DNA of 64,000 nucleotides from Chlamydiota bacterium (GTDB lineage Bacteria; Chlamydiota; Chlamydiia; Chlamydiales; SM23-39): NCBI GenBank assembly GCA_031423235.1, contig JANPFC010000054.1, positions 13,691 to 77,690 of the forward strand, read 5' to 3'. Shown piece by piece: positions 63,126 to 64,000 of this stretch (position 1 is its first letter; each line of letters starts with the position of its first letter). The notes under the pieces were generated by a model. It saw only the letters and a program-made list of their open reading frames with translations, ran no database searches and was not told where the DNA came from. The position numbers and the translations under genes were made by a program.

Positions 63126-63696
63126 TTTAATATTAGTTTTAATGTTTATGATCTCTGGATGTAACCGTAAAACGGTTGGGGAAATTATAGAGAAGGACCC
63201 GTCATATAAGGTTATGCTTACATTTTCCGAAGAAATCAAAAAAGAAACTAATTTGATTTTAACATGCTACGGATACAACAATTGTCTTGATAAAAATTAT
63301 CATCACATAAATGAAGTCGCTAATTTTTCTCTAAGTTATTTGCTCACCAAAAGTAAAGAAGAGGAAATCTCAATCGAAGAAGCAAGAAATCTGGTTGTAT
63401 TTGTTGCTGAAAATTTTCTAAAAACAGTGAATTCCGACACCAAAGTCATCCCTATGTTGGATGTATATCCATTAACAAGTGATTCGATTAGAGTTTCTAT
63501 TCATTTTGAAGATGAAAATAGAATTCATCTGGGACAGGGAGTGGCAAATGTTCGTTTGAGGCGTGGAGAAATCGTATATGATGGCTTTAAAATTAGGGAA
63601 TATACAGGTAAATATCCAGCCAAAGGAAAGCACTACACCATATTCGAAGAGAGCTATGCTGGTGCCCTGGAGAAAGTTTCGAGAAAAGCGATATAG
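63112..63696 (+). CDS. Small lipoprotein, cassette-2 partner
   Basis: MRFISLILVLMFMISGC. Homologous to 53113..53706 and 53722..54321 (VVFVAENF, LDVYP, FEDE.R..LGQG, KGKHY). 14-nt overlap with the upstream gene. Confidence 0.75.
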   Translation: MRFISLILVLMFMISGCNRKTVGEIIEKDPSYKVMLTFSEEIKKETNLILTCYGYNNCLDKNYHHINEVANFSLSYLLTKSKEEEISIEEARNLVVFVAENFLKTVNSDTKVIPMLDVYPLTSDSIRVSIHFEDENRIHLGQGVANVRLRRGEIVYDGFKIREYTGKYPAKGKHYTIFEESYAGALEKVSRKAI

Positions 63697-63715
63697 GCCT
63701 TTGGGTATGGAGCCA

Positions 63716-63828
63716 ATAAATAAAAAAAAGACCTCAGCTTTCGCTGAGGTCTTTGTTTTCGGACCCGGTCGTCACCAATTCGAACCTTTTCGCTCCTCCC
63801 CTTCCAAGTTAAAATCCCCATTAATGAA
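63716..63828 (+). repeat. Direct repeat copy 2 downstream of cassette 2
   Basis: See copy 1 (60676-60790). Confidence 0.75.
63722..63760 (+). terminator. Rho-independent terminator after the cassette-2 lipoprotein gene
   Basis: A-run, then a 9-bp stem GACCTCAGC-tttc-GCTGAGGTC, then TTTGTTTTC. Confidence 0.8.
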
Positions 63829-63963
63829 GACCTGGCACTTCATCAGAAACTTGCAACAAAAATCAAGGAATTGAAAATTCTTGGTCTCACCAATGAAGAG
63901 ATCGGAAGAAGACTGGGAACTACAAGAAAAACAGTGAAGAAGGGGTTACGGTGCAATACATAA
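63748..63963 (+). pseudogene. Start-less open frame ending in a helix-turn-helix (possible recombinase/transposase-family remnant)
   Basis: 70 codons without ATG or GTG: ...KIKELKILGLTNEEIGRRLGTTRKTVKKGLRCNT*. The HTH-like segment lies close to the C-terminus. The 5' part lies in direct repeat copy 2. Confidence 0.4.
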
Positions 63964-64000
63964 GCAAAGGGCTATTAAAACACCTCATTATGATCGTGAT

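Overview
Gene-dense 64-kb bacterial chromosomal window with about 70 supportable CDS on both strands. I found no rRNA, tRNA or CRISPR array.

Housekeeping and transport genes: APC permease, MlaEFD-like ABC/MCE operon, MFS transporter, OppA-like binding protein, ROK glucokinase, upp, manA, YihY, PRTase, cyclophilin, PiT and an NCS2 permease.

These are interleaved with many lineage-specific secreted or membrane proteins that look host-directed: ankyrin repeats, a PI-kinase-like protein, Fic, secreted kinase-fold paralogues, a CaaX-like C-terminus, Cys-cluster proteins and membrane proteins with paired hydrophobic segments. My inference, not proof, is a host- or amoeba-associated intracellular bacterium, most like an environmental member of the Chlamydiae.

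Most interesting signals:
1. Two paralogous cassettes (53113-56389 on the minus strand, 61029-63696 on the plus strand). In each, a membrane-anchored protein with a C-terminal Ser-Asp-His hydrolase-like domain is translationally coupled, through a conserved 14-nt overlap, to one or two small lipoprotein genes. This is an effector/immunity-like architecture that I cannot assign to a known family. The second cassette is bracketed by ~110-bp direct repeats.
2. A Sec-signal Rhs/YD-repeat polymorphic-toxin locus (29648-35519). It is split by a single in-frame TGA and has a GH-E/HNH-like C-terminal tip, two small downstream immunity-type genes, a 78-bp recombination footprint and a flanking gene remnant.
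3. Six long, near-perfect palindromic intergenic elements. Four are ~165-170 bp, one is ~250 bp and one is ~590 bp. One interrupts a gene remnant and two supply the 3' ends of CDSs, which resembles MITE or Rickettsia-palindromic-element behaviour.

All functional calls rest on by-eye motif recognition. No database search was possible.
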